A DNA stretch of 64,000 bases from Vulcanimicrobiota bacterium (GTDB lineage: Bacteria > Vulcanimicrobiota > Vulcanimicrobiia > Vulcanimicrobiales > Vulcanimicrobiaceae). A model generated the notes under the pieces. That model worked only from the letters and a program-made list of their open reading frames with translations, did no database searches and was not told the DNA's origin. The DNA lies in assembly GCA_963818925.1 (NCBI GenBank), contig CAWFTN010000001.1, forward strand, positions 3,357,104 to 3,421,103, read 5' to 3'. The position numbers and the translations under genes are program-made. This document shows positions 18,714 to 28,552 of the stretch, piece after piece (the stretch's first letter is position 1; each line of letters begins with the position of its first letter).

Positions 18714-19943
18714 GTGCAATTCTCCGTCGGAATAAACTATTGGCCGCGCAGCAGCGCGATGGACATGTGGACACGCTTCGATCCCGGCGAAATCAGGGAA
18801 GATTTTGCGCGCATCGCCGCGCTCGGTTTCGATAGCGTGCGATTCTTCCTGAGATGGGGCGATTTTCAGCCGGAATCCGAGTCGATCGATCGGCTAATGC
18901 TCGACCGGCTCGAATCAGTCGTTGCATCGGCGGGAGAACGCGGATTACGCACGATGCCGGTACTCTGCAACGGACATAACTCCGGTATCAATTGGTTGCC
19001 GCTCTGGGCGCTCGAGCGAAACGGTGCGCGCGCGAAGAATCTGTATTCCGGAGAATTACTCCAAGCGCAATCGCTCTTTGCGCGCGCCGTGGCGGAGAGA
19101 CTGCGCGGACATCCGTCGGTCGCCGCCTGGGATATCGGTCACGCCTTCACGGACGTTTCCCGTCCGCCCGCAGGAAAACTGCGCACGGGCGGACACGAAA
19201 CCGAATCGGTCGGCGCGCGTGAGGCGGCGCAATGGGCGCAACGGCTGTCGGACGAGCTGAAGAACGGCTCCGGATTGCCGTGCACGGCGGGAACGTTTAG
19301 CGCAGATATCACGGAAGAACGCAATTTACGCCTCGAGTCGCTGTGCGTCCCGTTCGCGTTTGCGTCGATGCAGGGATCGAGTATGACGGTACCGTTCGCG
19401 CGCAACCGGCTGGATCCGGAAGCCGTTCCGTTTCTCGCAATGCTGGCCGCGTCGTTCTCGCGCAAGGCCGTGCTCGTTACCGGTATCGGGAATCCGACGT
19501 GTCCGCCGCAAAAGCTGTCGCTTTTCGAGCGCTTTCCGCTATCGAACGAATCGTACGAGGCTGTTTCAGCGGACGATGCGCTGTTTGCAGCGTATCCGTG
19601 CCTGACCGAAGACGAGCATGCTGCATACTGCGCCAACGTGCTCGAACGGCTGCACGCGGACGGCCGGCTCGGCGCGTATTGGTGGTGCTGGTCCGACTAT
19701 CCCGAAGATTTGGCGTTGCGGCCGCCGTTCGATCGCGTTCCTCACGAGCGGTTCTGCGGAATCATTCGCAGTGACGGAACGGAGAAGCCCATCGCGGCGG
19801 CATTATCTACGTTCGCTCGCCAGCGGCGCGAAGTGGTACCATCGCGCGATATGCCGATGATATCAAGCGCGTATTACTATCGAACGCTGCCGAAAAGCGC
19901 GCAGACCTTGTACGAAGCGTTCCTTGGTTCTCTCGATCGCTGA
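18714..19943 (+). CDS. Glycoside hydrolase (GH5-like TIM-barrel, cellulase/mannanase superfamily)
   Basis: GTG start at 18714. GINYWPRSSAMDMW ... VLCNGHNSGINWLP ... AAWDIGHAF ... WWCWSDY are TIM-barrel GH clan A-like features. Confidence 0.55.
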   Translation: MQFSVGINYWPRSSAMDMWTRFDPGEIREDFARIAALGFDSVRFFLRWGDFQPESESIDRLMLDRLESVVASAGERGLRTMPVLCNGHNSGINWLPLWALERNGARAKNLYSGELLQAQSLFARAVAERLRGHPSVAAWDIGHAFTDVSRPPAGKLRTGGHETESVGAREAAQWAQRLSDELKNGSGLPCTAGTFSADITEERNLRLESLCVPFAFASMQGSSMTVPFARNRLDPEAVPFLAMLAASFSRKAVLVTGIGNPTCPPQKLSLFERFPLSNESYEAVSADDALFAAYPCLTEDEHAAYCANVLERLHADGRLGAYWWCWSDYPEDLALRPPFDRVPHERFCGIIRSDGTEKPIAAALSTFARQRREVVPSRDMPMISSAYYYRTLPKSAQTLYEAFLGSLDR

Positions 19944-20252
19944 CAGCGAATCTCAATTGCTTGCAGACATATGAGGGTGGGATTGCTACGATAGCACCGT
20001 GTTCGAGGGTGAAAGCCATGTTGCAATTACCCGTTGCCGGTGAGTTCCCATCGCTTTCCGGCGGATTAGAATGGGTCAATTCAAACCCGTTAACCCCGCT
20101 GAGTTGCCAGAAAAAACCGATTCGTGACAGGCAATTCGAGATTGAATTTTCCGATGCGGGAGTGCAAGTCTGTGATTTCACCTTCGGCTAAGATCGCCAC
20201 GGCGAACAACGCGGAGAAGTGAACCAGGCACGCGGCGCGAATTCGACGTAGC

Positions 20253-21173
20253 GTGAGTGAGGCGAGCGTTATCCGGTGGCTTCTCGAGGGTGACCCGGCA
20301 ATTCGCTGGCAAGTGATGCGCGATCTCACGCGCGAGCCGGACACCGTCGTCGCGGCTGAGCGCTCGCGCGTCGCCGAAGAGGGATGGGGACGAGCGTTAC
20401 TCGATCGCCAATCCACCGGCGGCTGGTGGGGAGCGCCCGATGAAGAAGGCTGGATGATCTCCACCGACGCGCTTGCGTTATTGCGCGAGATGGGAGTGGA
20501 TCCGTCCAGCGGTCGAGCGCGTGAAGCCATCGCGCGCGTGAAGTCGCATCTGACGTTCGAGCTGCTCGATAACCGTCCGTTTTTCGAAGGTGAGACGGAA
20601 GCATGCATTAACGGCGCGATTCTCGCCGTCGGCAGTTACTTCGGTGAGCGATCTGATGCCATCGTCGAGCGTTTGCTGGGCGAACAGCTATCCGACGGAG
20701 GCTGGAATTGCGAAGCTCCGCCGAGCACGCGTTCGTCGTTCAATTCAACGATACGCGTGTTAGAAGGCTTATTGGAGTACGAACAATGCTATGGCGTGAA
20801 CGCGGCTATCAGCGATGCGCGGCAGAAAGCGCACGAGTATCTGCTCGAACGCAAGATGTTCAAACGGCGTTCCACGGGCGACGTCATCGATCGCAAGTGG
20901 ACGCGTTTCACGTTTCCGACGATGTGGCATTACGACGTTCTCCGCGGACTCGATTATCTTCGAAGTGCCGGTATCGAGCCGGATGAACGCGCAACCGAAG
21001 CGATCGACATCGTCAAAGCGCGACGCCACCAAAACGGGCGTTGGCCGATGAATTATCTGCATCCCGATCGCCTGAAGTTCGCTGTAGAAGCGGAAAACGG
21101 CAGCGCGAGCCGATGGAATACGATGCGCGCAATGCGCGTCTTACGATGGTTCGACGGCGACTTGGCGGGCTGA
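20253..21173 (+). CDS. Prenyltransferase/squalene-oxidase-repeat (alpha/alpha-toroid, terpene-cyclase-like) protein
   Basis: Repeated QxxxGGW motifs (DRQSTGGWWGAPDE, EQLSDGGWNCEAPP, RRHQNGRWPMNY). Confidence 0.5.
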   Translation: MSEASVIRWLLEGDPAIRWQVMRDLTREPDTVVAAERSRVAEEGWGRALLDRQSTGGWWGAPDEEGWMISTDALALLREMGVDPSSGRAREAIARVKSHLTFELLDNRPFFEGETEACINGAILAVGSYFGERSDAIVERLLGEQLSDGGWNCEAPPSTRSSFNSTIRVLEGLLEYEQCYGVNAAISDARQKAHEYLLERKMFKRRSTGDVIDRKWTRFTFPTMWHYDVLRGLDYLRSAGIEPDERATEAIDIVKARRHQNGRWPMNYLHPDRLKFAVEAENGSASRWNTMRAMRVLRWFDGDLAG

Positions 21174-21917
21174 AATCTCAGGCGCGGTTTGCGCCTCGGC
21201 GGTTACCCATGCGGCGCCGGCGATAAGGAAGTTGATCGCAAATTCGGACCAAAAGTTATGCGAGGGATGCATGATGACGATCGGAACCCACACCAACACG
21301 CCGAACAAGACGATCATGAGCGACATCAACCGCATCGCGAGCTTCGCTTGGCGATTGATCAGCATGGCGACGGCCGCAAGCGCAAATGCAACCGTCGTCA
21401 GAATCGTCCAAAACATCTGATTCGGCGGGATCCAGGCGGGAACTAACCTGGCCGTGTCTTGAAGAAAGATGATCTGTGCGACCGTGAATGCGATGGAGCA
21501 AAGACCTAGCCCGATACGCGCGATTCGCGCGAGCACTGCCGCCTGCGCCGCGTTCGTATCGGTCGACGCGTACACGGCGATCGCCCCGCACACGTAAGAA
21601 CACACTTCGGCGAAGGCATCGTATTGCGGGAAGAACGTCGGTTGAAGAACGATGCCGCCGATGCGATCCAGCGCAAAGATTGCGAACGCCGAACCGAACA
21701 CGATTGAGGCGATGCGCGCGGTTCGCGGGAACGCGATCCCGATCGCACCGGCCATTTGCGCGATCATGAGAACGTCGCCGATGGGTCTGCCAAGAGGCAA
21801 TTTCCATATCCTGGCCAGGCCTTGCCAGGTGTCGGCATCGTGCCACATCAAGGCGATGACGCCAAAGAGCACCGCCGAAGCGCCAAAAAGAATCCGTCCG
21901 TACAGCGCGGCTCTCAT
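21141..21917 (-). CDS. Hypothetical integral membrane protein (about 8 TM)
   Basis: Highly hydrophobic 258 aa. Convergent 30-bp overlap with the preceding gene. Confidence 0.5.
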   Translation of the reverse strand: MRAALYGRILFGASAVLFGVIALMWHDADTWQGLARIWKLPLGRPIGDVLMIAQMAGAIGIAFPRTARIASIVFGSAFAIFALDRIGGIVLQPTFFPQYDAFAEVCSYVCGAIAVYASTDTNAAQAAVLARIARIGLGLCSIAFTVAQIIFLQDTARLVPAWIPPNQMFWTILTTVAFALAAVAMLINRQAKLAMRLMSLMIVLFGVLVWVPIVIMHPSHNFWSEFAINFLIAGAAWVTAEAQTAPEISARQVAVEPS

Positions 21918-21968
21918 GGAAGCGACAACGACCGGCCCGCGTAGCGTGTGACGCCGGCCGGCGCGATT

Positions 21969-22946
21969 TCAGTGCACATAATTGACCGCGATTGCCGGTG
22001 TGATGGTCGCGGAGGTGTTGAGGCCGGATGGAAAGATCCGAAAGCCCGCAATGATGCCGACGTTCGAAGACCAGTTGTATTCGATCGCGGGCGCCAATGC
22101 GAACGAATGGCTTTCACCCGAATTCACGGTAGCGCCCGAGTTCGACACCACCCGCGTGTTACCGCTCTGCGTGTACACGAAATCGTTCGCGACCACCCAG
22201 TTTCGCGTCGCGCTGTACTCTACGGCCGCGTCGATCGTAAACACCGTCCCCGGATAGGCCGTTCCGGAAAAGCGCGTCCCCGTTCCATACACGCTGGTGC
22301 CGCTCACCGGCGCAGCACCGGAGAACGTGTCTGAGAAATTCAGTCGCGCTCGGAGTATACGGCTGTTCGGCATCCAGAAATAGGTCTGCGTGTAGAGCGA
22401 AAGCTTGGTGCTGTACGCGCCGGCGCCTTGCCCATCGCTCGCGCGCTCGCCAAGATTGTCGTACTTTCCGGTGGGAAACGTTTGTTGAATCGAAAGCGAC
22501 GTCGTCGGCACCCAGCTTCCGGGGTGATACTGCGCGAGGCGGTATTGCGCGAGAAGGGCCCAGTCTCCCATTCCGATCGCTGAGCTGTTCGCTCCGCCCG
22601 AAAGCGTCGTATATCCGAACACGGGAATCGCCCCGACGTTGAACCGGTCGGTTAAGCCATAGATCACGTATGTTAGCGAGCCGTACGTGCTTTGATGCGT
22701 TGCGGGTTTGATTGCGCCGTGCGCGTCGAACGCGCCATATTGAATGACGTCGTAGAGATACGGCTCTACGAGAATGTGACCGCGCGGCAGCGTTCCCGCA
22801 CTCGGTGCGAGCAATGGTCCCGTCCACCATGCGTCGGAGAGCGCTTGGCGCGCGGAGCCCGGCGACGGCGACGGCGTCACTTGCGCTGCGGCCATGGCCA
22901 TCGACGGGATTAGAACAAAGAACAGCGCGTACGCGAACACCCGCAT
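21969..22946 (-). CDS. Outer-membrane beta-barrel protein (MetA/phenol-degradation-pathway-like transporter family)
   Basis: Signal peptide FFVLIPSMAMAAAQ. Alternating beta-strand pattern. C-terminal aromatic-rich ...IAVNYVH. Confidence 0.55.
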   Translation of the reverse strand: MRVFAYALFFVLIPSMAMAAAQVTPSPSPGSARQALSDAWWTGPLLAPSAGTLPRGHILVEPYLYDVIQYGAFDAHGAIKPATHQSTYGSLTYVIYGLTDRFNVGAIPVFGYTTLSGGANSSAIGMGDWALLAQYRLAQYHPGSWVPTTSLSIQQTFPTGKYDNLGERASDGQGAGAYSTKLSLYTQTYFWMPNSRILRARLNFSDTFSGAAPVSGTSVYGTGTRFSGTAYPGTVFTIDAAVEYSATRNWVVANDFVYTQSGNTRVVSNSGATVNSGESHSFALAPAIEYNWSSNVGIIAGFRIFPSGLNTSATITPAIAVNYVH

Positions 22947-22949
22947 ATG

Positions 22950-22977
22950 ACTATTATAATAATCCTACAATAATAGT
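22950..22977. promoter_or_regulatory. AT-rich promoter region with inverted repeat ACTATTA-N14-TAATAGT upstream of the OMP gene
   Basis: actattataataatcctacaataatagt lies in a ~90-bp AT-rich island within an otherwise GC-rich sequence. Confidence 0.3.
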
Positions 22978-23162
22978 CAACGGTCATATTCGTTGCATAT
23001 TACATAAACGTGAAACGAAGAAAATGATGTGATCCGCGCCGCGCCCTCGTCTATCGTCCCAAGACAAACGACGTCATCCATTTGACCGGTGGCGTCAAGC
23101 GTGGTTGACCGTCACCATCCGAACGTAAACGTTAACGCGTAACGGCAGGGCGATCGAGTTTC

Positions 23163-23642
23163 CTATCGCGGTTCGGTCGCCCACGTTGCGCTGGAGATTC
23201 GCCACGTTCCGTCTGTCTTATGGAACGTGTATGTTTGCAGGCCCCGCTCGGCGTGCGCCGTTCCGTTCGAAGTGACCGTGACGACGGCCGGTTGAATGAG
23301 GTACGCATCATCGCCTTCGCGATCGGCGCGATATTCGGTCGGCGCAGAGGCCGTCGCGCGGAGCGTCGCGCGTCTTGCGGTGAGAGTTTTATTCACGTGC
23401 TGCAGCCACTTGATGCCGGCGTCCGCTCCGGTCCATCGAAACGGTGCCCCTTCGTCTATGACGACGGCATCCGTCGTAAAGAGCCCGTTTAACTTCGTCG
23501 GATCGTGGGCGTTCGCCGCATCGATGACGCTTTGCGCAAGCGTCAGAATCGCTTGCGGCGGTGTGGGCAGTGTGGAAGCGCGTACGGGTCGTGAAGCGAA
23601 CAAGCAAAGCAGCGCGAGAAGTGCAATGTGCCGGGCGCTCAT
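23163..23642 (-). CDS. Secreted NTF2-like (SnoaL/DUF4440-like) protein
   Basis: Signal peptide LLALLCLFASRPVRAS. It is a paralog of 48034-48540 (IDAANAHDPTKLNGLFTTDAVVIDE vs IDGINSGNMKNAVAACASPASVIDD). Confidence 0.55.
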   Translation of the reverse strand: MSARHIALLALLCLFASRPVRASTLPTPPQAILTLAQSVIDAANAHDPTKLNGLFTTDAVVIDEGAPFRWTGADAGIKWLQHVNKTLTARRATLRATASAPTEYRADREGDDAYLIQPAVVTVTSNGTAHAERGLQTYTFHKTDGTWRISSATWATEPR

Positions 23643-23704
23643 GATGGCCGGCTTCTTTCTGCTTGCGCCTGCCGTGCCCTCGGTTTTCTGGGAATAACGC
23701 GCGT

Positions 23705-25333
23705 ATGCATACCGAGCCCCAGCCGACCCGCTCGCAGCGGTATCGAGAGATCTTCACGGCCCTTGGCAAGCATGGCTTCGCGGCCGCCGGCGCGGGTTTG
23801 CGCTTTCACGCGAACGGTGAATCAGCGGCGCAGGTTGCTCGCGAGCTGCGGCTGGCATGCGAAGAACTCGGACCGACCTTCATTAAACTGGGCCAGATGC
23901 TCTCGACGCGCGGCGATTTGCTGCCGCGTGAGTATCGCGAAGAACTCGCAAAGCTGCAAGACTCCGTGCCGCCGATCGACGCGGAGGTCATCATCGCCGA
24001 AATCGAGAGCGAACTCGGTGCATCGCCGTTCCAGCTCTTTGCGGCGTTCGATGCGGAACCGATCGCGTGCGCCTCGATCGGACAGGTTCATCGCGCGCAG
24101 TTAAGCGACGGACGCGACGTCGTCGTGAAGGTACGGAAACCGGGCATCCGGGCGCTCATCGATTGCGATCTCGATATTCTGCAAAAGATCGCGACGTCTG
24201 CCGAAAAGTTGTTTCCCGATCTCGCGGGATATGACGCCGACGGCCTTGTCGATGAGTTCGGCGAGATGTTGCGCGCGGAACTCGACTACACGCGTGAAGC
24301 GCGCAATATCGCCGTTTTTCAGCGAATTTTTAAGCACGAACGCGCGCTGCAGCTTCCCGAGGTGATCGAAGAATACTCGACCGCGCACGTGCTCACGTTG
24401 ACGTACGTCGAGGGAACGAAGATTACGGACACACCGGTGCTCACGCCAAAACGGCGCGACGCAGTCGCGGAACGGATCGCGCGGTTCATTCTCGAGCCGG
24501 CATTTATACACGGTGTGTTTCATGCCGATCCTCATGGCGGCAATATTTTCGTTCGTTCGACCGGCGGGATCGGCGTTATCGACTTCGGTATGGTCGGGCG
24601 CCTCTCGGAAGATCAGCGGCGGAAGCTCGCCGATCTGTTTCTCGCCGTGCATCGGCAAGATGTCCAACGCGTTACGGATCGCCTCGTCGATCTTGCGCCG
24701 CCGGCGCGCCCGGTCGATCGCGTAGAACTCTCTACTGAACTCGGACGGTTATTGGAGCGGTACTTGAGCAGCACGCTCGAGCGCGTGGAATTCGGCGCGG
24801 CGCTTAGTGAGATGCTGGAGGTCATTCGCGAGCATCGCCTACGGATGCCGGCCTCAGTTTCGTTGTTTTTCAAAGCTGCTGCTATGAGCGAAGGTCTCAT
24901 TCTCGCGATTGCACCCAATAAAGCGCTCGGCGATTTCCTCGAGCCGGTCGCCTCGAGCATTACCGTTGCAAAGTTCGATCCGCAGGAGTGGGGCGAACGC
25001 GCGAAAGTGGCCGCAATTGAAGCGGCCGAACTTAGCGTGGAACTCCCACGGCGGGCGGATCGCGTACTCGCAGACATCGAACGCGGCAACCTGCGCGTCT
25101 GGACGCGCGTGGACGATGTCGAACCGGCGTTGCGCCGTCTCGAGGCGATCGCCGAACGCGTAAACGCAACGATGATCGCTGCGGCGTGTATCGTCGGGCT
25201 GACGATTCTGCTCGCGTTTTACCACCCTCAGGGATGGCAGATGGCGGTGGGCTGGATTTTGTGGATTACGGTCGTCGTCGCGGTGCTCTGGGTTTTCCGT
25301 ACCGCCATTGCTACGCTCCGAAAACGCGGTTAA
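23705..25333 (+). CDS. ABC1/UbiB-family atypical kinase
   Basis: FIKLGQMLSTRGDLLP, ASIGQVHRA, DVVVKVRKPGI, FHADPHGGN and C-terminal TM helices. The start was moved to MHTEP at 23705. Confidence 0.85.
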   Translation: MHTEPQPTRSQRYREIFTALGKHGFAAAGAGLRFHANGESAAQVARELRLACEELGPTFIKLGQMLSTRGDLLPREYREELAKLQDSVPPIDAEVIIAEIESELGASPFQLFAAFDAEPIACASIGQVHRAQLSDGRDVVVKVRKPGIRALIDCDLDILQKIATSAEKLFPDLAGYDADGLVDEFGEMLRAELDYTREARNIAVFQRIFKHERALQLPEVIEEYSTAHVLTLTYVEGTKITDTPVLTPKRRDAVAERIARFILEPAFIHGVFHADPHGGNIFVRSTGGIGVIDFGMVGRLSEDQRRKLADLFLAVHRQDVQRVTDRLVDLAPPARPVDRVELSTELGRLLERYLSSTLERVEFGAALSEMLEVIREHRLRMPASVSLFFKAAAMSEGLILAIAPNKALGDFLEPVASSITVAKFDPQEWGERAKVAAIEAAELSVELPRRADRVLADIERGNLRVWTRVDDVEPALRRLEAIAERVNATMIAAACIVGLTILLAFYHPQGWQMAVGWILWITVVVAVLWVFRTAIATLRKRG

Positions 25334-25656
25334 GGGCCATTCGCCGTCGCACTGAGTTGCGTTCCGTCGGCAAGCACTACCGACTGCAGTCTGCACGAAG
25401 TTGCAGTCGCAGAAGAAAGTTCCAGCGTGTGATCGATGCGTGTTGCGGGTGAGAATGTCCCGGCATCGACGACCGATGAGCCGTCGTCTAGCTGAAAGAC
25501 AACTTTCGTGACGGGTTGCGTACCGACGTTCGTGAAGCGAACGCGTAGCTGATGGCGGCCGATCGTCTGAAATTCGCCCGCGTCACCCGACGGCGGAATG
25601 CGTGCGGGCTCGGAGATTTCGCATGTGACAAGCTGAACTGGTGGAGAATCAAACAT
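25330..25656 (-). CDS. Hypothetical small protein
   Basis: Internal start MFDSPPVQLV.... No domain recognised. Confidence 0.3.
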   Translation of the reverse strand: MFDSPPVQLVTCEISEPARIPPSGDAGEFQTIGRHQLRVRFTNVGTQPVTKVVFQLDDGSSVVDAGTFSPATRIDHTLELSSATATSCRLQSVVLADGTQLSATANGP

Positions 25657-25694
25657 GCCTTCAGTACGGGCGGCCGCCGCGATCGGTTCATTTG

Positions 25695-26618
25695 CTAGAG
25701 ATAGAAACTCCACGCGAACGCCGGGCCGCCTAAATGAAGCGTTTGGATGAGCGTTTGATTCCCGGTGTTCCCGATATACGCGAGTTGACGCCATACGAGA
25801 ATTTGTGCGCCGCTGTGATATGAGTGCGCGATCCCGGCGGCCCATTGGTACGTGGTGAGATCGCCGCTGCCACCGTAATCACCGTAAAGAGGAACGTACC
25901 ACGACGATCCCAAGCCCATGCGTCCGCGGAGGCCGACGATTCCCGCAAGGTCGCTCTTGCTTTCGCTCGCGCTTCCGGTTCGAGGAAAGAGTCCGAGCGG
26001 TCCGGTCAGCGTCCAGCCGGCGCTCAAACTGACATTCATGTAACGTAATCCGACAAACGCCGTTCCTTGGGAGTTTGCTCCGCTACCGAGGATTTGCGGA
26101 CCAAATCCAATCGTCGCAACCGTCGTGGTCAGTCGTCCCGATGTGGAGACGTTGATGGGAAATGAAATGTGCCCTAGCGGTCCTCTGAGATCCAAGACGC
26201 TCGCTCCCGTGTTTGACGCATTGAGGTAAATCACGTCGCCGAATGCGCTAGAGTGCGCATCATTGGCCTCGGCGGTCACTTCGATCGCGCTGTTCAACTT
26301 CGAAAGATAGTTGTTCGGGCCGAGCTGCAGACCGACGCTCGAAACGGCCGGCGAACCCGCCGGCAGCGAGGGGTGATGGAACGCGAACGTTCCGTTGATC
26401 GTCGGAGCCCAAAGATAGGGCGTTAATCGGAGTTGGAATCCGGATGGCGATGCCGTAGGCGAAGGCTGCGGCGGCGCCTCTTGAGGTGATGCCGTAGGCG
26501 AGGGCTGCGGTGACGCCTCTTGAGCATCGGCGCGAGCCGCAGCACCTACAATCGCCATCGCGGCGACCAGCGAGACAATAATGGAACTCAAGCGAATCAA
26601 AGTACACTTCCTTCGCAA
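25695..26618 (-). CDS. Secreted hypothetical protein with N-terminal tandem Pro/Ser-rich repeat and beta-rich C-terminal domain
   Basis: Signal peptide IIVSLVAAMAIVGAAARADA, then QEASPQPSPTASP x2, and a C-terminal aromatic end ...FAWSFYL (OMP-like). Confidence 0.5.
   Translation of the reverse strand: MRRKCTLIRLSSIIVSLVAAMAIVGAAARADAQEASPQPSPTASPQEAPPQPSPTASPSGFQLRLTPYLWAPTINGTFAFHHPSLPAGSPAVSSVGLQLGPNNYLSKLNSAIEVTAEANDAHSSAFGDVIYLNASNTGASVLDLRGPLGHISFPINVSTSGRLTTTVATIGFGPQILGSGANSQGTAFVGLRYMNVSLSAGWTLTGPLGLFPRTGSASESKSDLAGIVGLRGRMGLGSSWYVPLYGDYGGSGDLTTYQWAAGIAHSYHSGAQILVWRQLAYIGNTGNQTLIQTLHLGGPAFAWSFYL
26450..26527. repeat. 39-bp tandem direct repeat x2 inside CDS 25695-26618
   Basis: gatgccgtaggcgaRggctgcggYgRcgcctcttgag is duplicated head-to-tail and encodes PQPSPTASPQEA units. 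Confidence 0.7.
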
Positions 26619-26736
26619 CGCGTAGCGAAACGTTCATGAAGCCAGCGACGGCTCGAACGTCATCGTACCGGAAGTTGCGTGCGGAAATTATCCCGTCCGT
26701 GCAAGGGCGGGAGAGGATGCGCGATTCGGATAGAAG

Positions 26737-27093
26737 TTATTGAATGTCCATACTGAGAGATTGCTTCATTGATGCTTTGAACTGCGTTTGCTGATCGGGC
26801 GTAAGAATGCCGTAGATGTTCTTTATCAATGCTTTCGCGTCAGCTTGTTTCGTCGCATCATCGGCATTTGCGGTTTGCGTTTGATAGTTGTCTACCATAG
26901 ACTTGATCTCGCGTTTTTGTTTGAACGTGAGGTTGACGCTCATGAGCGCATTTTTGACCGCAGCCTTGACTTGCGACGGCGAAGGCTGCGCGGCTTGAGC
27001 GATTACAATGTTTTCCTTTGCTGAAACGGAAAGCGGCGCCAACGTCACAAACACCGGAACGATGGCGAGCGCGACTAATCGATGAATTCGCAT
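26737..27093 (-). CDS. Periplasmic Spy/CpxP-family (LTxxQ motif) protein
   Basis: Signal peptide LVALAIVPVFVTLAPLSVSA. Two LTxxQ-type motifs (LTFKQKREI, LTPDQQTQF). Lower GC. Confidence 0.55.
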   Translation of the reverse strand: MRIHRLVALAIVPVFVTLAPLSVSAKENIVIAQAAQPSPSQVKAAVKNALMSVNLTFKQKREIKSMVDNYQTQTANADDATKQADAKALIKNIYGILTPDQQTQFKASMKQSLSMDIQ

Positions 27094-27234
27094 GTGTGAG
27101 CCTCCAAAAGCCTATTCTAAACGATTCGGGGCACGCGCGCGTTTCTAACCGAAAACGGAATTAAATACCGCCATGAGCCAATCGCCGTTCTTTACCATCG
27201 TCACTACGAACGAACACGATGTGCCCTCACGAAC

Positions 27235-27936
27235 GTGCGGTTATACGCCTGCCGGTCCGGTGTGTGTTTTGCTTACGGGATGACCCATAGCACACTCTTT
27301 TGGATCACCGTTGCCAACGTGCTCTATCTTGCGTCGTACTCCGTACACGACATTTTGTGGTTGCGCGTCCTTAGCGTTGTCGCAATGCTGCTGCTGACAA
27401 AATACTACTTGATGCAGCCGACACCATTGATGGTACCGGTGTGGTGGACCGTGGTCTTCATTGCGATCAACGGCTATTGGATCGTGCGGTTGATCGTGGA
27501 ACGCCGGCCGGTTCACTTCACCCCGGACGAGGCTCGCTTGAAGGAAGTCGCGTTTCCTTCGCTCACGGCGCGGGAAGCGCGGAACCTCTTCGCTCTCGGA
27601 ACGTGGGATGACTTAGCGCCCGGTACATCTGTGGTGCGACACGATGAAGAAACGAAGGGTGTTTCGGTTATCGCTCACGGCATCGCCGACGTCGTTCATC
27701 GCGGCGTCAAGGTGAACGAGCTTGGCGAAGGGCAGTTCGTAGGCGGCATCGACCGAAACGCCGCGAAGCTCGAGATGGACGTGGTGGTTCGCGAGGCGAT
27801 GCGCGTGTTATGTTGGCCCCCTACGCGTATCGACGCGTTTTTGGCAAAGCGTCCTGACGCCGACGTCGCGCTGGAGCGCAGCATCGGATTCGAACTACGG
27901 CGCACGCTCAACAAAGCGCTTTCCGAACTCGCTTAA
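27235..27936 (+). CDS. Membrane protein with C-terminal cyclic-nucleotide-binding-like (Popeye-like) domain
   Basis: Three N-terminal TM helices, then ...VNELGEGQFVGGIDRNAAKLEMDVV... resembling a cNMP-binding beta-roll. The stop TAA abuts the mntP ATG. Confidence 0.4.
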   Translation: MRLYACRSGVCFAYGMTHSTLFWITVANVLYLASYSVHDILWLRVLSVVAMLLLTKYYLMQPTPLMVPVWWTVVFIAINGYWIVRLIVERRPVHFTPDEARLKEVAFPSLTAREARNLFALGTWDDLAPGTSVVRHDEETKGVSVIAHGIADVVHRGVKVNELGEGQFVGGIDRNAAKLEMDVVVREAMRVLCWPPTRIDAFLAKRPDADVALERSIGFELRRTLNKALSELA

Positions 27937-28497
27937 ATGGTTCACACCGCGGTACGAATTTTCGCGGTCGCGCTTGCCATTGGCTTAGACGTTCTGGCTC
28001 TTTCCACCGCGATTGGAATCAAAGGTCCGCCGTGGCGCGTTCGGTTGCGGCTCGGCGCAGCGTTCGCCGGTGCTGAACTCTGCATGCAGGTCGTGGGCCT
28101 ACTGCTCGGGACCGGCTTCGGTCGAATCGTGGGGGAAATTGCGACCTGGACCGGACTTTTCGTTCTCGCGGTCATCGGTGTGTGGATACTGCGTGAAGGC
28201 TTTACGGACGGTGACGACCACGAATTCGATGTGCAGACGCCGGGTGGTCTGGTGCTCGCGTCACTGTCGATCAGCTTGGACTCATTGGGTGTCGGGTTTG
28301 CGCTGCCAGCGCTAAAGCTGCCGCTGCTCCCGCTCCTCGGCACCGTTGCCGTGTCGACAGTATGCTTTACGTTCGCTGGGCTGGCGTTCGGTGAAGCACT
28401 CGGGCACACGTTTGAGAAGAATGCGGAACGGGGCGCTGGTGTCGTGCTCATCCTGCTCGCTGCAGCCTTCGCGTATCAACACCTTCACGGTGGCTGA
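27937..28497 (+). CDS. mntP: Putative manganese efflux pump MntP (DUF204)
   Basis: 186 aa, two DUF204 half-repeats (ALAIGLDVLALSTAIG ... SLSISLDSLGVGFAL), six TM. Confidence 0.7.
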   Translation: MVHTAVRIFAVALAIGLDVLALSTAIGIKGPPWRVRLRLGAAFAGAELCMQVVGLLLGTGFGRIVGEIATWTGLFVLAVIGVWILREGFTDGDDHEFDVQTPGGLVLASLSISLDSLGVGFALPALKLPLLPLLGTVAVSTVCFTFAGLAFGEALGHTFEKNAERGAGVVLILLAAAFAYQHLHGG

Positions 28498-28532
28498 AAA
28501 GCGAATACCGCTTTTCAGATTTGATTAACACT

Positions 28533-28552
28533 TGGGATTGACAGTGATCCCA
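28533..28552. promoter_or_regulatory. Inverted repeat TGGGAT-N8-ATCCCA overlapping the methyltransferase start codon
   Basis: tgggattgacagtgatcccATG. Confidence 0.3.

Noticed and set aside
18704-18716. Apparent mismatch between the sequence (GTG) and the track's M at the glycoside hydrolase start
   Set aside because: The ORF track evidently reports GTG/TTG starts as M. Coordinate 18714 is a GTG, not a discrepancy.
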